Positions 52,880-64,000 of a DNA stretch of 64,000 nt are shown in pieces. The notes under the pieces are model-generated. The model had not been told where the DNA came from, made no database searches, and was given only the letters and a program-made list of their open reading frames with translations. A program made the position numbers and the translations under genes. The stretch comes from Octopus sinensis (lineage: Eukaryota): NCBI RefSeq assembly GCF_006345805.1, contig NC_043006.1:41292001-41356000 (forward strand). Reading direction: 5' to 3'. The number at the start of each line of letters is the position of its first letter. The stretch's first letter is position 1.

Positions 52880-53915
52880 GGCAGGAAGCTGGCAGAATTA
52901 TTAGCACGCTGGACAAAATACTGTAGCAGCATTTCGTTCGTTTTGACGTCCTGAGTTCAACTTCTGCCAAGGTCGACTTTACCTTTAATCCTTTCGGTGT
53001 CGATAAAATAAGTACCGTAAATCTTCGAGTATAATCCGGACTTTTTTCCCAAAATTTAAAGGTCAAAATCCCTAGTGTGTACTATATACGAGGTATATTT
53101 TCTAAACAATGTCTGAGTCTCTATTTGCTGTCCGGCAATGTTTATTCAGACGCATTTTGTGATGTCGGGCGCGAAAATACGTTAAGCTAAGCCTGAAAGC
53201 AACGAAGTCATAAAAGAACCATCCATAACTTGCAGTAAGCAACATTTATTAAAATAAAAGTATTCAGAACACAGAATAACATGTAACAAAAAACAATTTG
53301 CAAACATATTTACATTCCCATATAACAGTCAAGAACATCACCATTATTGTATTACGCATGCGCGGAAGTGTTTGTTCGACTAGATGCTGCTGGCTTAATT
53401 ACGCGCGAATTGTGCTTAATAGTTTAGCGCTAAATAGTTTATCTTGCTGTTTGTATTGGCAGTTTTCATCATTACAGTGGCAAACAATAGATAATTAAAT
53501 ACCAGTATTAAATATTTGAACTACTGTGGGTCTTTACTAGGGTTTTTTATAAGTGGGACTTAAACCTGTTCCTTTCATCTCCAATGAAACATTTTTATAC
53601 ATTACATGCCCTTAAAATGCCTCGTAGATCTTATTCAGCTATGTTTAAACACGAAGTTACATGCTGAAGGACATTACCGTATACATTTTTACAAACCAAG
53701 GACGTTATATAGACCTCCTTGACTCAAGTTAGAGAAGGGGTGCGTATTATACACAAAGCTTAGGTTTTATGAGGTACAGCCCACTAAAAATCCCCTGCGT
53801 ATTATACTCAATGGCGGACTATACTCCAGGATTAGGGTACTAGTTGAACACTGGGGTCGAGGTAATCGACTAGTCCCCTCCCCTCATAATTTCAGACCAT
53901 GTGCCTTTAGTAGAA
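52880..53915 (+). mobile_element. SINE family B split by a pogo-like insertion
   Basis: SINE runs to aataagTA (53014) and resumes TActagttgaacactggggtcga (53838). Confidence 0.8.
53015..53837 (+). mobile_element. Internally deleted pogo-like DNA transposon with TA TSD
   Basis: TIRs ccgtaaatcttcgagtataatccg / reverse complement ccctaatcctggagtatagtccg; MPRRSYSAMFKHEV N-terminal remnant at 53607. Confidence 0.75.
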
Positions 53916-53918
53916 AGG

Positions 53919-54010
<92 letters not shown>

Positions 54011-54061
54011 TTTAATTATTTATTTAATTATTTATTTATTTATTTATTCATTTATTTAAGA

Positions 54062-54275
54062 GGGCGAGCTGGCAGAATGGTCAGCATGCTGAGGAAAGCG
54101 TTTAGTGGCATTTCGTCCGTCTTTTACTTTCTGAGTACAAATTCTGCTCAGGTCGCCTTTGCCTCTCACCATTTCGGAGTCAATAAAATAAGTACCAGCT
54201 GAGTACTGTGGCTGATGTAATCGACTTAACTCCTCTCCCAAATTTCAGGCCTTGTACCTATAGTAGAAAGGATTA
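54062..54275 (+). mobile_element. SINE family B with (TAT/TGT)n tail
   Basis: Head, core and tail. Confidence 0.85.
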
Positions 54276-54360
54276 TTAATGTTGTTGTTGTTATTATTAT
54301 TATTATTATTGTTGTTGTTGTTGTTGTTGTTGTTATTATTATCATTATTATAATTTTTTT

Positions 54361-55419
54361 TCATGCCATCAAAGTGACACTGGGATAAAATATACGAAAC
54401 CCAATGTACCCATCATGAGTACCAGTCAGATAAGGGTACACTATGCACATGCCATATGTGCTCGACATGGTGATTTCATATTAAGATAAACAGCACATGA
54501 CCTTGCAGGTGGGGCCCAGTTAGAATTTTCTTCTGGTCGACTAACCCATCCCGCTCAAAAGGTCCCTGAATAAGGGTTGTTTAAGGATGTTGAACGAAAT
54601 ACTCATGTTTCCAGAGGTGAATTATTCAAACCCCAAAGAATCCCTCTCAACACACGGGTATGATGCTCCCCCACTACTTCTGCTCATGATCAGAGATGCA
54701 CATATCGTCAGCCACTAAAGGACATGATCAACTGAATAAGGTCAAACGACTGACAAGCAAATCTGTGGTACTGAGCAGAATATTTGCTGTAGCCCATCTT
54801 TTATACCAAGACAAAACAATGTCTTATTATTATTATTATTATTATTGAGTGAGAGAGCAGTTCATGCCATCAAAGTGACACTGGGGTAAAATATACGAAA
54901 CCCAATATACCCATCATGACTACCCGTCTGATAAAGGTACACCAGGCACATGCATCACAACCATATGAGCGCGACATGGTGATCTCATATCAAGATAAAC
55001 AGCACATGACCTTGCAGGTGGGGCCCAGTTAGAATTTTCTTCAGGTTGAGTAGCCCATCCCGCTCAAACGGTCCCTGAATAAGGGTTGTTTAAGGATGTT
55101 GAAAGAACCACCCATGTTTCCAGAGGTGAACTATTCAAACCCCAAAGAATCCCTCTCAACACATGGCTATGATGCTCCCCCACTACTTCTGCTCGTGATC
55201 AGAGATGCACATATCGTCAGCCACTAAGGGACATGCTCAACTGGTTAAGGTCAAACAACTGACAAGCAAATCTGTGGTATTGAGCAGAATATTTGCTGTA
55301 GCCCATCTTTTATACCAAGACAAAACAATGTACATGAAAACACTTCCAAACAGTTAAGATCAGAAGCCATGAGAGCCACTGCCTGGTACTGCATCAGGGC
55401 ATTTATACTGCATCAGGGC

Positions 55420-55420
<1 letters not shown>
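54361..55420 (-). mobile_element. Two head-to-tail copies of the (TAA)-tailed non-coding retroposon
   Basis: 54361-54822 and 54848-55420 are colinear but diverged, separated and flanked by (TAT)n; homologous to 4070-4590. Confidence 0.85.
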
Positions 55421-55455
<35 letters not shown>

Positions 55456-55500
55456 CACATTTGTATATGCACAATAAACTCACACACATATGTATGTATA

Positions 55501-55608
<108 letters not shown>

Positions 55609-55626
55609 TATATTATATATATAAGT

Positions 55627-55955
55627 GAAGGCGCGTGGCTCAGTGGTTAGAGCGTCGAGCTTACGATCGTGAGGTTGTGAGCTCGAATCCCGGACCGGGC
55701 TGCGTGTTGTGTTCTTGAGCAAGACACTTTATTTCACGTTGCTCCAGTTCACTCAGCTGTAGAAATGAGTTGCGACGTCACAGGTGCCAAGCTGTATCAG
55801 CCCTTGCCTTTCCCTTGGACAACATCGGTGACGTGGAGAGGGGAGGCCGGTATGCATGGGCGACTGCTGGTCTTCCATAAGACTTGTGCCTCAGGGAGTA
55901 ACTAACTCTCTAGGTGCAAACCCATGGTCAGTGTCTGACCGAAGGGGGTCACCAC
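55627..55955 (+). mobile_element. tRNA-derived SINE, family D
   Basis: A box tggctcagtgg, B box gctcgaatccc, core ttcactcagctgtagaaatgagt. Confidence 0.8.
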
Positions 55956-56802
55956 CACCACATATATATATATATCTATATATATATATGTATATGTATA
56001 TATGCTTGTAGAGTGAACGGGTGTTGTAAGAGCTGAGCGTTCATGAACAATGTTACTTTATATTTGACGTTCGGCTTCTTCTTTAGATGAATAATACCAT
56101 CTACAAAGAATTATTCAACGAAGGTGTTAAGTAAACCTGTATCTCCACCCGCTGTGTATACTGACAAATGAGTATTTACTTCTTTATCTTATATCAGTTT
56201 GAAAAACGATGTGTTCCTTTATGCGCCTGTTTAAACATTTACATATGGATATCAACATGTGCGCGCCTATGTAAGTGTACGATCGTGATAGGGTGAAATT
56301 TTAATGAGATGTGATTAGAAATGAGATTACAGGGTGATATCTTAATTACGCATAAAGCATTGCCTGTAGAGATGATTACTATTTTCAATTCACTGATGAG
56401 ATACTTCCGTGGATATTTCTGTCTAGTGTTTAGATCACAACACATATAATACAACATAGAGAACAACAGCAACACTTATAGGATACGAACGAAAAAGCAA
56501 GAAGGAAAATCCATAATGTAAAGTACGATGAACGAAAGCACACTCAGACGTGTGTAACTACAAACGTACACAAAGAGATACGGAACCACCATGAGAAAAA
56601 CCCATACAATTATGTTCTCTCTATATCTCTCTTTCTTTCACTCACTCACAATCTCACACTCTCTCTCTCTCTCTTTCCTTCTCTGATACACATATGTACA
56701 AACACATAACATATAAAGAATGCATATGTGGGAGGAATATAGTATGTCATGCAGGTATGTAGGATTATATTCGAATCTGAGCTTGTTCTCATTTGTGTGT
56801 GA

Positions 56803-56854
<52 letters not shown>

Positions 56855-57032
56855 ACAGACACACACATATATATATACATATATAATATATATACATACA
56901 TATAATGTATGTACATATATATATAATACACACACACATACACACACACACATACACACACACATACACACACACACACACACATATATATATACATATA
57001 AATATATATATATATATATACACACACATACG

Positions 57033-57095
<63 letters not shown>

Positions 57096-58082
57096 CAGAG
57101 GTTGGACAAAATAATGGAAGCACCTTAAAATTTCAAACAAATTTATTTTAATATGGGGTAGGACCGCCTTTGGAAGTAATTACAGCTTGAATTCTACGAG
57201 GTATGAACTCGTACGAAGTTTGAATTTTTCCAAAGGAATTTTTGTCCATTCTTCAGCTTAAAGAGTCTCCAGTTCTTGTAGTGATGATGGCGCAGGATAT
57301 CGAATCCTTACTTGTTTTCCTAAAATGCACCATAAATGTTCAATAATATTGAGATCTGGGGACTGTGGAGGCCAGATGTTGTTCGACTTCACTAGAATGT
57401 TCCTCGTGCCTTTCAGTAACAACTTTAGCTGTGTGAATTGGTGCATTATAATCTTGAAAGATTGCGTTTCCCTCCGGGAACAGTTCCGCAAACATAGGAT
57501 GAATTTGATCAGATAAAATGCTTAAATAGACTTGACCGTTACTTCTGCCATAAAAGGAAACCAGTGGGCCAGCGGATTTCCATGATATAGCCCTCCAGAT
57601 CATCACAGATCCTCCTCCATGTTTAACAGTTGGAAGAAGGCAGTCTGGGTCGAATCCTTCTTTTGGCTGTCTCCACACGTATACTCGGCCGGTAGTCAGA
57701 AACAAGGTAATGGATGACTCGTCCGAGAATATAACATGCTTCCACTGCTCTAGGGACAAATTCTATAGGTTTATCAAAGGCTGTCATTACCTTCGAGACT
57801 ACTTCTTGATACACCAAAGATTTCAGTTGTTTTTGTTACGCTAGCACCTGCATAACCATTTGACCACTTTGAAAGTCCAATAGATCTGTCATGTTAATGA
57901 ACTTTAATTACCTTTTTCTTGTGATATTTGAAAAGAAACAATAATTCTATTAAAACATATTATGCAACACTAATAATAATTTAAAAAAATATAAAAATAA
58001 ACAAGCATTTGATGGTTTTATAGATATTTCAAAATTATGATGCTATGATGCTAGGTGTTTCCATTATTTTGTCCTACTGCTG
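57096..58082 (-). mobile_element. Tc1-type DNA transposon, internally deleted, frameshifted
   Basis: TIRs CAGAGGTTGGACAAAATAATGGAAGCACC / CAGCAGTAGGACAAAATAATGGAAACACC, TA on both flanks; WKHVIFSDES, FQDYNAPIH, WPPQSPDLNIIEHLW. Confidence 0.93.
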
Positions 58083-58583
58083 TATAAATACACACACATA
58101 CACACACATATGTAATACTTACGCATATATACACATGGTTAAATATGTCCATTTACACATGTGCGTGCGTTGCGTGAGTGTGCATGTCGTCTACGACACG
58201 CGATACGCATAAATTATAGTTCTTAACAATACGCATAAAATATAGTTCTTAACAATATAGATTTTTGTATTATGACCTGGTTTGTACGTTTACGCATATA
58301 TGCATATACATACACACACACACACACGCAGCACACTTGAGTACACACATACATACAGACGCTCACGCACGCGTACACGCACACACAAAGGTAGATGCAT
58401 AGATAAATAGATACATAGGTTGATTAGCTTTTAAGATTATTTATAGAAGACGTATAAAACTTATTTACATATTTGTCGATTCTTCCATATTTTGCTTCCA
58501 ATCCATGTATGTATGTATGTATGTATGTATGTATGTATGTATGTATGAAGCACCAATAAAAATATGCCTATATATGCATAGTA

Positions 58584-59838
58584 CAGCGTGCGTAAAATAT
58601 TTGAGGACATTTCTATTTGGGCCATTGCTACATTTTTTACTAACTCTGTATAATCTTTGTTTCAGGAAATAATAATGGCAGACCCTCAGCTTACTCAACA
58701 AATGAAGAGGCATGCTGTTATTGTGGTTATAAAGGCTGAGCATAGTGATTTAGAAATAACTCGATTTTTAAAAGTTGCCAGATCTTTCGTCTACAAATTT
58801 TGTAAGGAGTCAGAGACTGAAGATGGAAACGTATCACCAGTACCAAAGCATAAAAAAGTATTCTAAACGCTCTGAAGTCATCAGAGCGCCTGAATTTATC
58901 CAGCAAGTTCAACAGACCATTGATTACAATCTCAGAAAGTCCATGAGGTCAATTGCAAAAGATCATGTGTCAGAAGGAACAGTCAGAAATGTGATCTACG
59001 AAGACATCAGATATAAGTCATATATGATGAGGAAAGGTCAATTTGTCAGAAAATGCAAAAGAAAATCAGTACATTAGATATAAGAAGTCTCTTAAACAAA
59101 GTGAAAAATCCGACAGAAGAAGATTTGATTTGATTTTACTCAAACGAGAAAAACTTCGACCATGATCAAAAAGTTAGAAGAAGAAATGACAGGTTACGTG
59201 CAGACCCTTCCGAATTTCCAAGTGTTATGCATAAAAAATTTCCTGCAACCGTCATGGTTTTAGGGGTTGTCAGCAATGAAGGACATGTGATGCCTCCTTA
59301 CTTCTTTCCACAAGACCTTAGAGCTAATTCTGCTGCCTACATTAAGGTCCTGGAAATAATGTTAAGCCCTGGATAAACAGTATATACAATGGAAGGCCAT
59401 ATGTGTTTCAGTAAGACTCTGCACTACCATACATGGCTCTAGTAATACAGGAATGGATGGCTGAACATTTTCATGATCACATAACCCCTAACATTTGGCC
59501 TCCTAATTCCCCAGATATGAGTCCATAGGACTATTACATGTGGAGCATTGTTGAGAGAGAGGTCAATGAACACACTCATAACACCAAAGATACTTTGAAA
59601 GTTGCCATAGTCAGAGTAATAACCAAAATGAATGAGGACCACTTGATTCGAGAATGTAGATGATTTAGATCTCATATAGAAGCAGTTGTTGAACCTGAAG
59701 GTAGCTCTATTGAATAACATTATAGAAAAGATGGTTTACTTTTATCCTCATAGGATGTTTTTGAAAAATAATGTTATCTGCAATATTTGTTATTTTTTTA
59801 GAAGCATAAACAGGTTCTCAAATATCTTACGCACCCTG
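58584..59838 (+). mobile_element. maT-type (DD37D) Tc1/mariner transposon, full length but inactivated
   Basis: TIRs CAG(C/G)GTGCGTAA(A/G)ATATTTGAG, TA TSD; FQ*DSA...WPPNSPDMSP*DYYMW with 37 codons counted between the second and third D; several stops. Confidence 0.9.
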
Positions 59839-59868
59839 TACATGTGTAATATAGTTTTTAAAAATATG

Positions 59869-60050
59869 CGGCGAGCTGGCAGAGTCGTTAGCACGCCGGG
59901 CAAAATGCGTAGCGTGTTTTGTCCGCCTTCACGTCTTGAGTTCAAATTCTGCCGAGGTTAACTTAACCTTTCATTCATTCGGCGTCGTTAAAATAAGTGC
60001 TAGTTGAGTTCTTGGGTCGAAATTGCTAGCCTTGTGCCAAACATTGAAAT
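59869..60050 (+). mobile_element. SINE family B
   Basis: Head and core. Confidence 0.8.
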
Positions 60051-60158
60051 CAATATCATGAGTTAAGATATACTTCGATTAACAATGACCATGCGGTCAA
60101 TCAGTACTCCTTCTAATATTGCTTAACATCTATATCATTCTTATAACATATAACATAT

Positions 60159-60563
60159 AGGCGTAGAAGTGGCTATGTGGTAAGTAGCTTGCATACCAGC
60201 CACATGTTTCCTGTTTCAGTCCCCTTTCCGTGACACCTTGGGCAAGTGTCTTCTACTATAGCCTCGGGCCGACTAAAGCCTTGTGAGTGGATTTGGTAGA
60301 CGGAAACTGAAAGAAGCCGGTCGTATATATGTATATATATGTATGTGTGTGTGTATATGTTTGTGTCTGTGTTTGTACCCCAACATCGCTCGACAACCGA
60401 TGCTGATGTATTTACGTCCCCGTAACCTAGCGGTTCGGCAAAATAGACCGGTAGAATAAGTACTAGGCTTACAAAGAATAAGTCTTGGGGTCGATTTTCT
60501 CGACTAAAGGCGGTGCTCCAGCATAGCCACAGTCAAATGACTGAAACAAGTAAAAGAGTAAAA
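60159..60563 (+). mobile_element. SINE family A, full length
   Basis: Head, core and tail. Confidence 0.9.
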
Positions 60564-61199
60564 TGGTTGACATTAGATCTATCGCCCTTGTCTATCGGTG
60601 ATAGCTTTTGCACATCTCTAGAGGGAGATTTTTCCAACTAATTACATGGATACTTTCAGACGATGGAAGCTTTTTCATTCACTATACTACATATATTAGA
60701 TCTTAGCGTATACGAACCTAGTATGTAAATTGCTCTTCTGGATTATTTTACCTTAACTCTGTTTTTATTCATAGCAGCATCCCCATTTCTCCGCTATTTA
60801 AGTATTTAGTAATCACTTTAAAATCTCACTAATTGAATGGAATATGCTAATCAGAGGAGGTCTTGTAAGGTCGAAACATGTTCCTTGCTCTTTCACTTGT
60901 TGGCGTTAAAGACAATATCCCGAATCCCGTAGAGTAACCTTTAGTGAAAAAAAAAAAAAAAACGAGAGATACTATTGAAATTATATCACTCGCGTGGTAT
61001 TTTAAATTTAATCATAACTAGAGGAAGCTTTTGTCTACTAATTGCGTGGATAACTCATTTCAACCTAATATGTTCCTTTTGTCGCTTCTGGGCATAATAA
61101 CTTTCTTGCTTTCATCTTGTTAAATTAAAAAGAAAAACCGATCTTTCTTAAACTGCAAGACTGTCTGTGCTTCTGCAGAATGTATATAATTTGCAATCC

Positions 61200-61700
61200 A
61201 GTTTTTCAAACTGAACTAGAGCAATAAAGACGTCCAATAACAGTGACCAAATTTAGCATTCTCATTCGTATATACTTATATGCAGTCGGTTCCATAGTCC
61301 GACTCAGTTAATGGACAACAGTCATTGGTTAATCTCTCAATCTTCACCGAGAATGTCTATTTTCAATCGGTTCCCCCGGCCTTTATCTTCCCCAGTGATT
61401 TCAATGTACAGAACTCATCTAGGTTTTGGAGCTCATCTCACATTTACGCTACAGGACCAGCGGCCAAATTTTCATTTGTTCTAAATCTTCTGCACTATTA
61501 ACTATTCTCAAATATCGATGTTTTTCTCTGAGACGAGACATCAACTCTCCGAAGCATTCTGTCTCTTTTCTTTTAACCTCTAACCAGCTTTTATCGTATC
61601 TACTCTCATCAGACAATCAATAAATCTCACGTTCATATCACAGAACATCTGCCGAACCCGAATTCTCTGGTGTTTCAATTTTGTTAAGTTGTCTGAGCTA
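61200..61700 (+). mobile_element. Decayed LINE apurinic-endonuclease region
   Basis: PSDFNV (GDFN-like) and LSSDNQ (SDH-like) remnants at plausible spacing. Confidence 0.35.
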
Positions 61701-61807
61701 TTCAGTTCTATCTCAATAACCTTCACCTACAAACAAGACCGGTACTAGTAAGGATTATGGCTCATGCTACTACTTTTACTTTATTAATATGTAGAAATCT
61801 AAAGGTG

Positions 61808-62460
61808 GAGAGCAGGCAGAATCGTTTGCACGCCGGGCGAAATGCTCATCGGCATTTCGTCTGCCATTACGTTCTGTGTTCAAATTCCGTCGAGGTCGAC
61901 TTTGCCTTTCATCCGTTCAGGGTCGATAAATTAAGTACCAGTTACGCACTGGGGTCGATGTAATCGACTTAATCCTTTTGTCTGTCCTTGTTTGTCCCCT
62001 CTATATTTAGTCCCTTGTCGGCAATAAAGAAATAAGAATCGTTAGCACACCAGGCAAAATGCTTAGCGACCTTTCGCCTGGCTTTACGCTGTGAATTCAA
62101 ATTCCACTGTGGTCGACTTTCTCTTTCATCCTTTGGAGGTCATAAAATAAGTACCAACTGAACACTTGGTTCGGTGAAATCGACTTTGACCCCCTCACCC
62201 GAAAATGCAGGGCAAAACTTAAAACCAACGTATGCAAAACGTCAGGTGACGAGCTGGCAGAATCGTTAGCACGCCGGTCAAAGTTCTTAGCGGCATTTCG
62301 TCAGTCTTTACGTTCTGGGTCCGAATTTCACTAAAGACGACTTTACCTTTCATCCTTTCTGGGGTCAATAAAACAAATATCAGCTGAGCACTAGGAACAA
62401 TGTAATCGACTCGCCACCTTTCCCCGAAACTGCTGGTCTTGCGCCAAAATTAGAAGCTCA
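61808..62460 (+). mobile_element. Three tandem SINE family B copies
   Basis: Heads or cores restart near 61808, 62036 and 62245. Confidence 0.8.
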
Positions 62461-62907
62461 CACATACCAAACTATGACAGATTGCTGTAATTAAGGAAAA
62501 ATAATTTCTAATTCTAAGGTCGCTTTTTCTGAAGGACTCAGAGTGTGGATGAGCGACATACAAGCTTTTCTTCTAGCAACAAAAGCTAAGTTGATTTGAC
62601 CAGACTGTCACGACGTTTAATTTTGAGGAGGTTATGCCTCGAGCTGGTGCGCTTGTTTGAATGAAATTATGAAAATAATATTTATGAGGCTGACAGGCGC
62701 CTCTGACGATAATTGACCAATTCTGTTTTCTTTATCTTACCCAATATTTTTTCGACATTTCTAAATAGAATTGAATATTGCAGATTTGAAAATAGATTTC
62801 CACATTTTTCAAGATTTATAATAGCGATGAAGAAAAAAAATATATGTAATAAACAAATAAAATAATATTTTCTCTCATATCTTGGTCCAGCATTATACAC
62901 ACACACG

Positions 62908-63190
<283 letters not shown>

Positions 63191-63445
63191 AGTTATACTC
63201 TTGATATTGTCACGTGATACTTGTATCGTCTGCTCGAAGCATCTTCAGATCATCCACCCGGTTTATGGATACATTTCCCACTCGTTCCCAAATTCATCAC
63301 ACATGATTACCCCGGCCTTTTCTGTTATTTCCCTTTTGTTTCGACTCTGAACATATACATGACTTCTATATTTAAACACATCTAATACAAACACAAGCAT
63401 AGACATATACACACATTCCTACTTTCATCTCCCACATATGCATCT

Positions 63446-63524
<79 letters not shown>

Positions 63525-64000
63525 ATGTCTGATCGATTACTTTGATTTTATTCAACATGGCAGAGCCGTTTTTATAGGAGTGATTATTTAATCAGTTAAA
63601 AAGCCCGTACCAGTGTGCTTTCGCATTGCTTAAATGCTATCAATAAATCAGAACTGACCATATTTCTATCCCATCGATATAAAAATGATTAAATATAATA
63701 TGAACGCCATCTAGGAATAAATTAAATCTTGGTATTGGCTCTTTCATTTCAAAAGCATAAATGCAAAAGAACAACTTTCTATACAGCTCTATAACCATCA
63801 GGTTGATAACCTGCTGACGGATACGTGTGTTGAAGGATGGAACCTGGCTCCAGAATACATCTATTCGCGAAAGATGGCGCATATCATTATTTGTCACTCT
63901 TGTCCATAGAACAAATAATATGTAATAATACTGTATTTGTTATGCTTTATTGTACAACGTGATATGCAAATATGATGCTCAAATATTATATATTCAAATA

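Noticed and set aside
55627-55700. tRNA gene (also the heads at 10881, 29907 and 33091)
   Set aside because: A/B boxes continue into SINE bodies; no complete cloverleaf or Pol III terminator.
63205-63255. Hammerhead-like CUGAAGA-ugcuucgagca on the minus strand
   Set aside because: GAAA is not intact and helix I does not pair.

Overview
AT-rich, repeat-dominated eukaryotic DNA with one 100-N gap (39389-39488). The SINE, microsatellite and transposon make-up looks like a coleoid cephalopod (Octopus-like); this is inferred from recognised repeat types, not from a search. Almost all ORFs in the supplied track are microsatellite artefacts. Supportable content: four tRNA-derived SINE families in many copies, decayed non-LTR elements (R4/Dong-type with restriction-like endonuclease, CR1/L2, RTE, possibly Tx1), a Penelope-like element (RT + GIY-YIG), TIR-bounded Tc1, maT (DD37D) and pogo elements, MITEs and Helentron-type elements. 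One or two candidate exons of an unidentified + strand gene lie near 1-3.7 kb. The most interesting signal is a set of unrelated fold-back/inverted-repeat elements that each carry a minimal type I hammerhead ribozyme motif with a self-complementary helix III. Two of them share the same non-canonical core (CCGAUGA, A.G closing helix II), and one occurs as a 571-bp tandem unit. A second signal is a same-strand stack of R4/Dong-type 3' ends plus a ~560-bp non-coding partner element, all embedded in (TAA)n.
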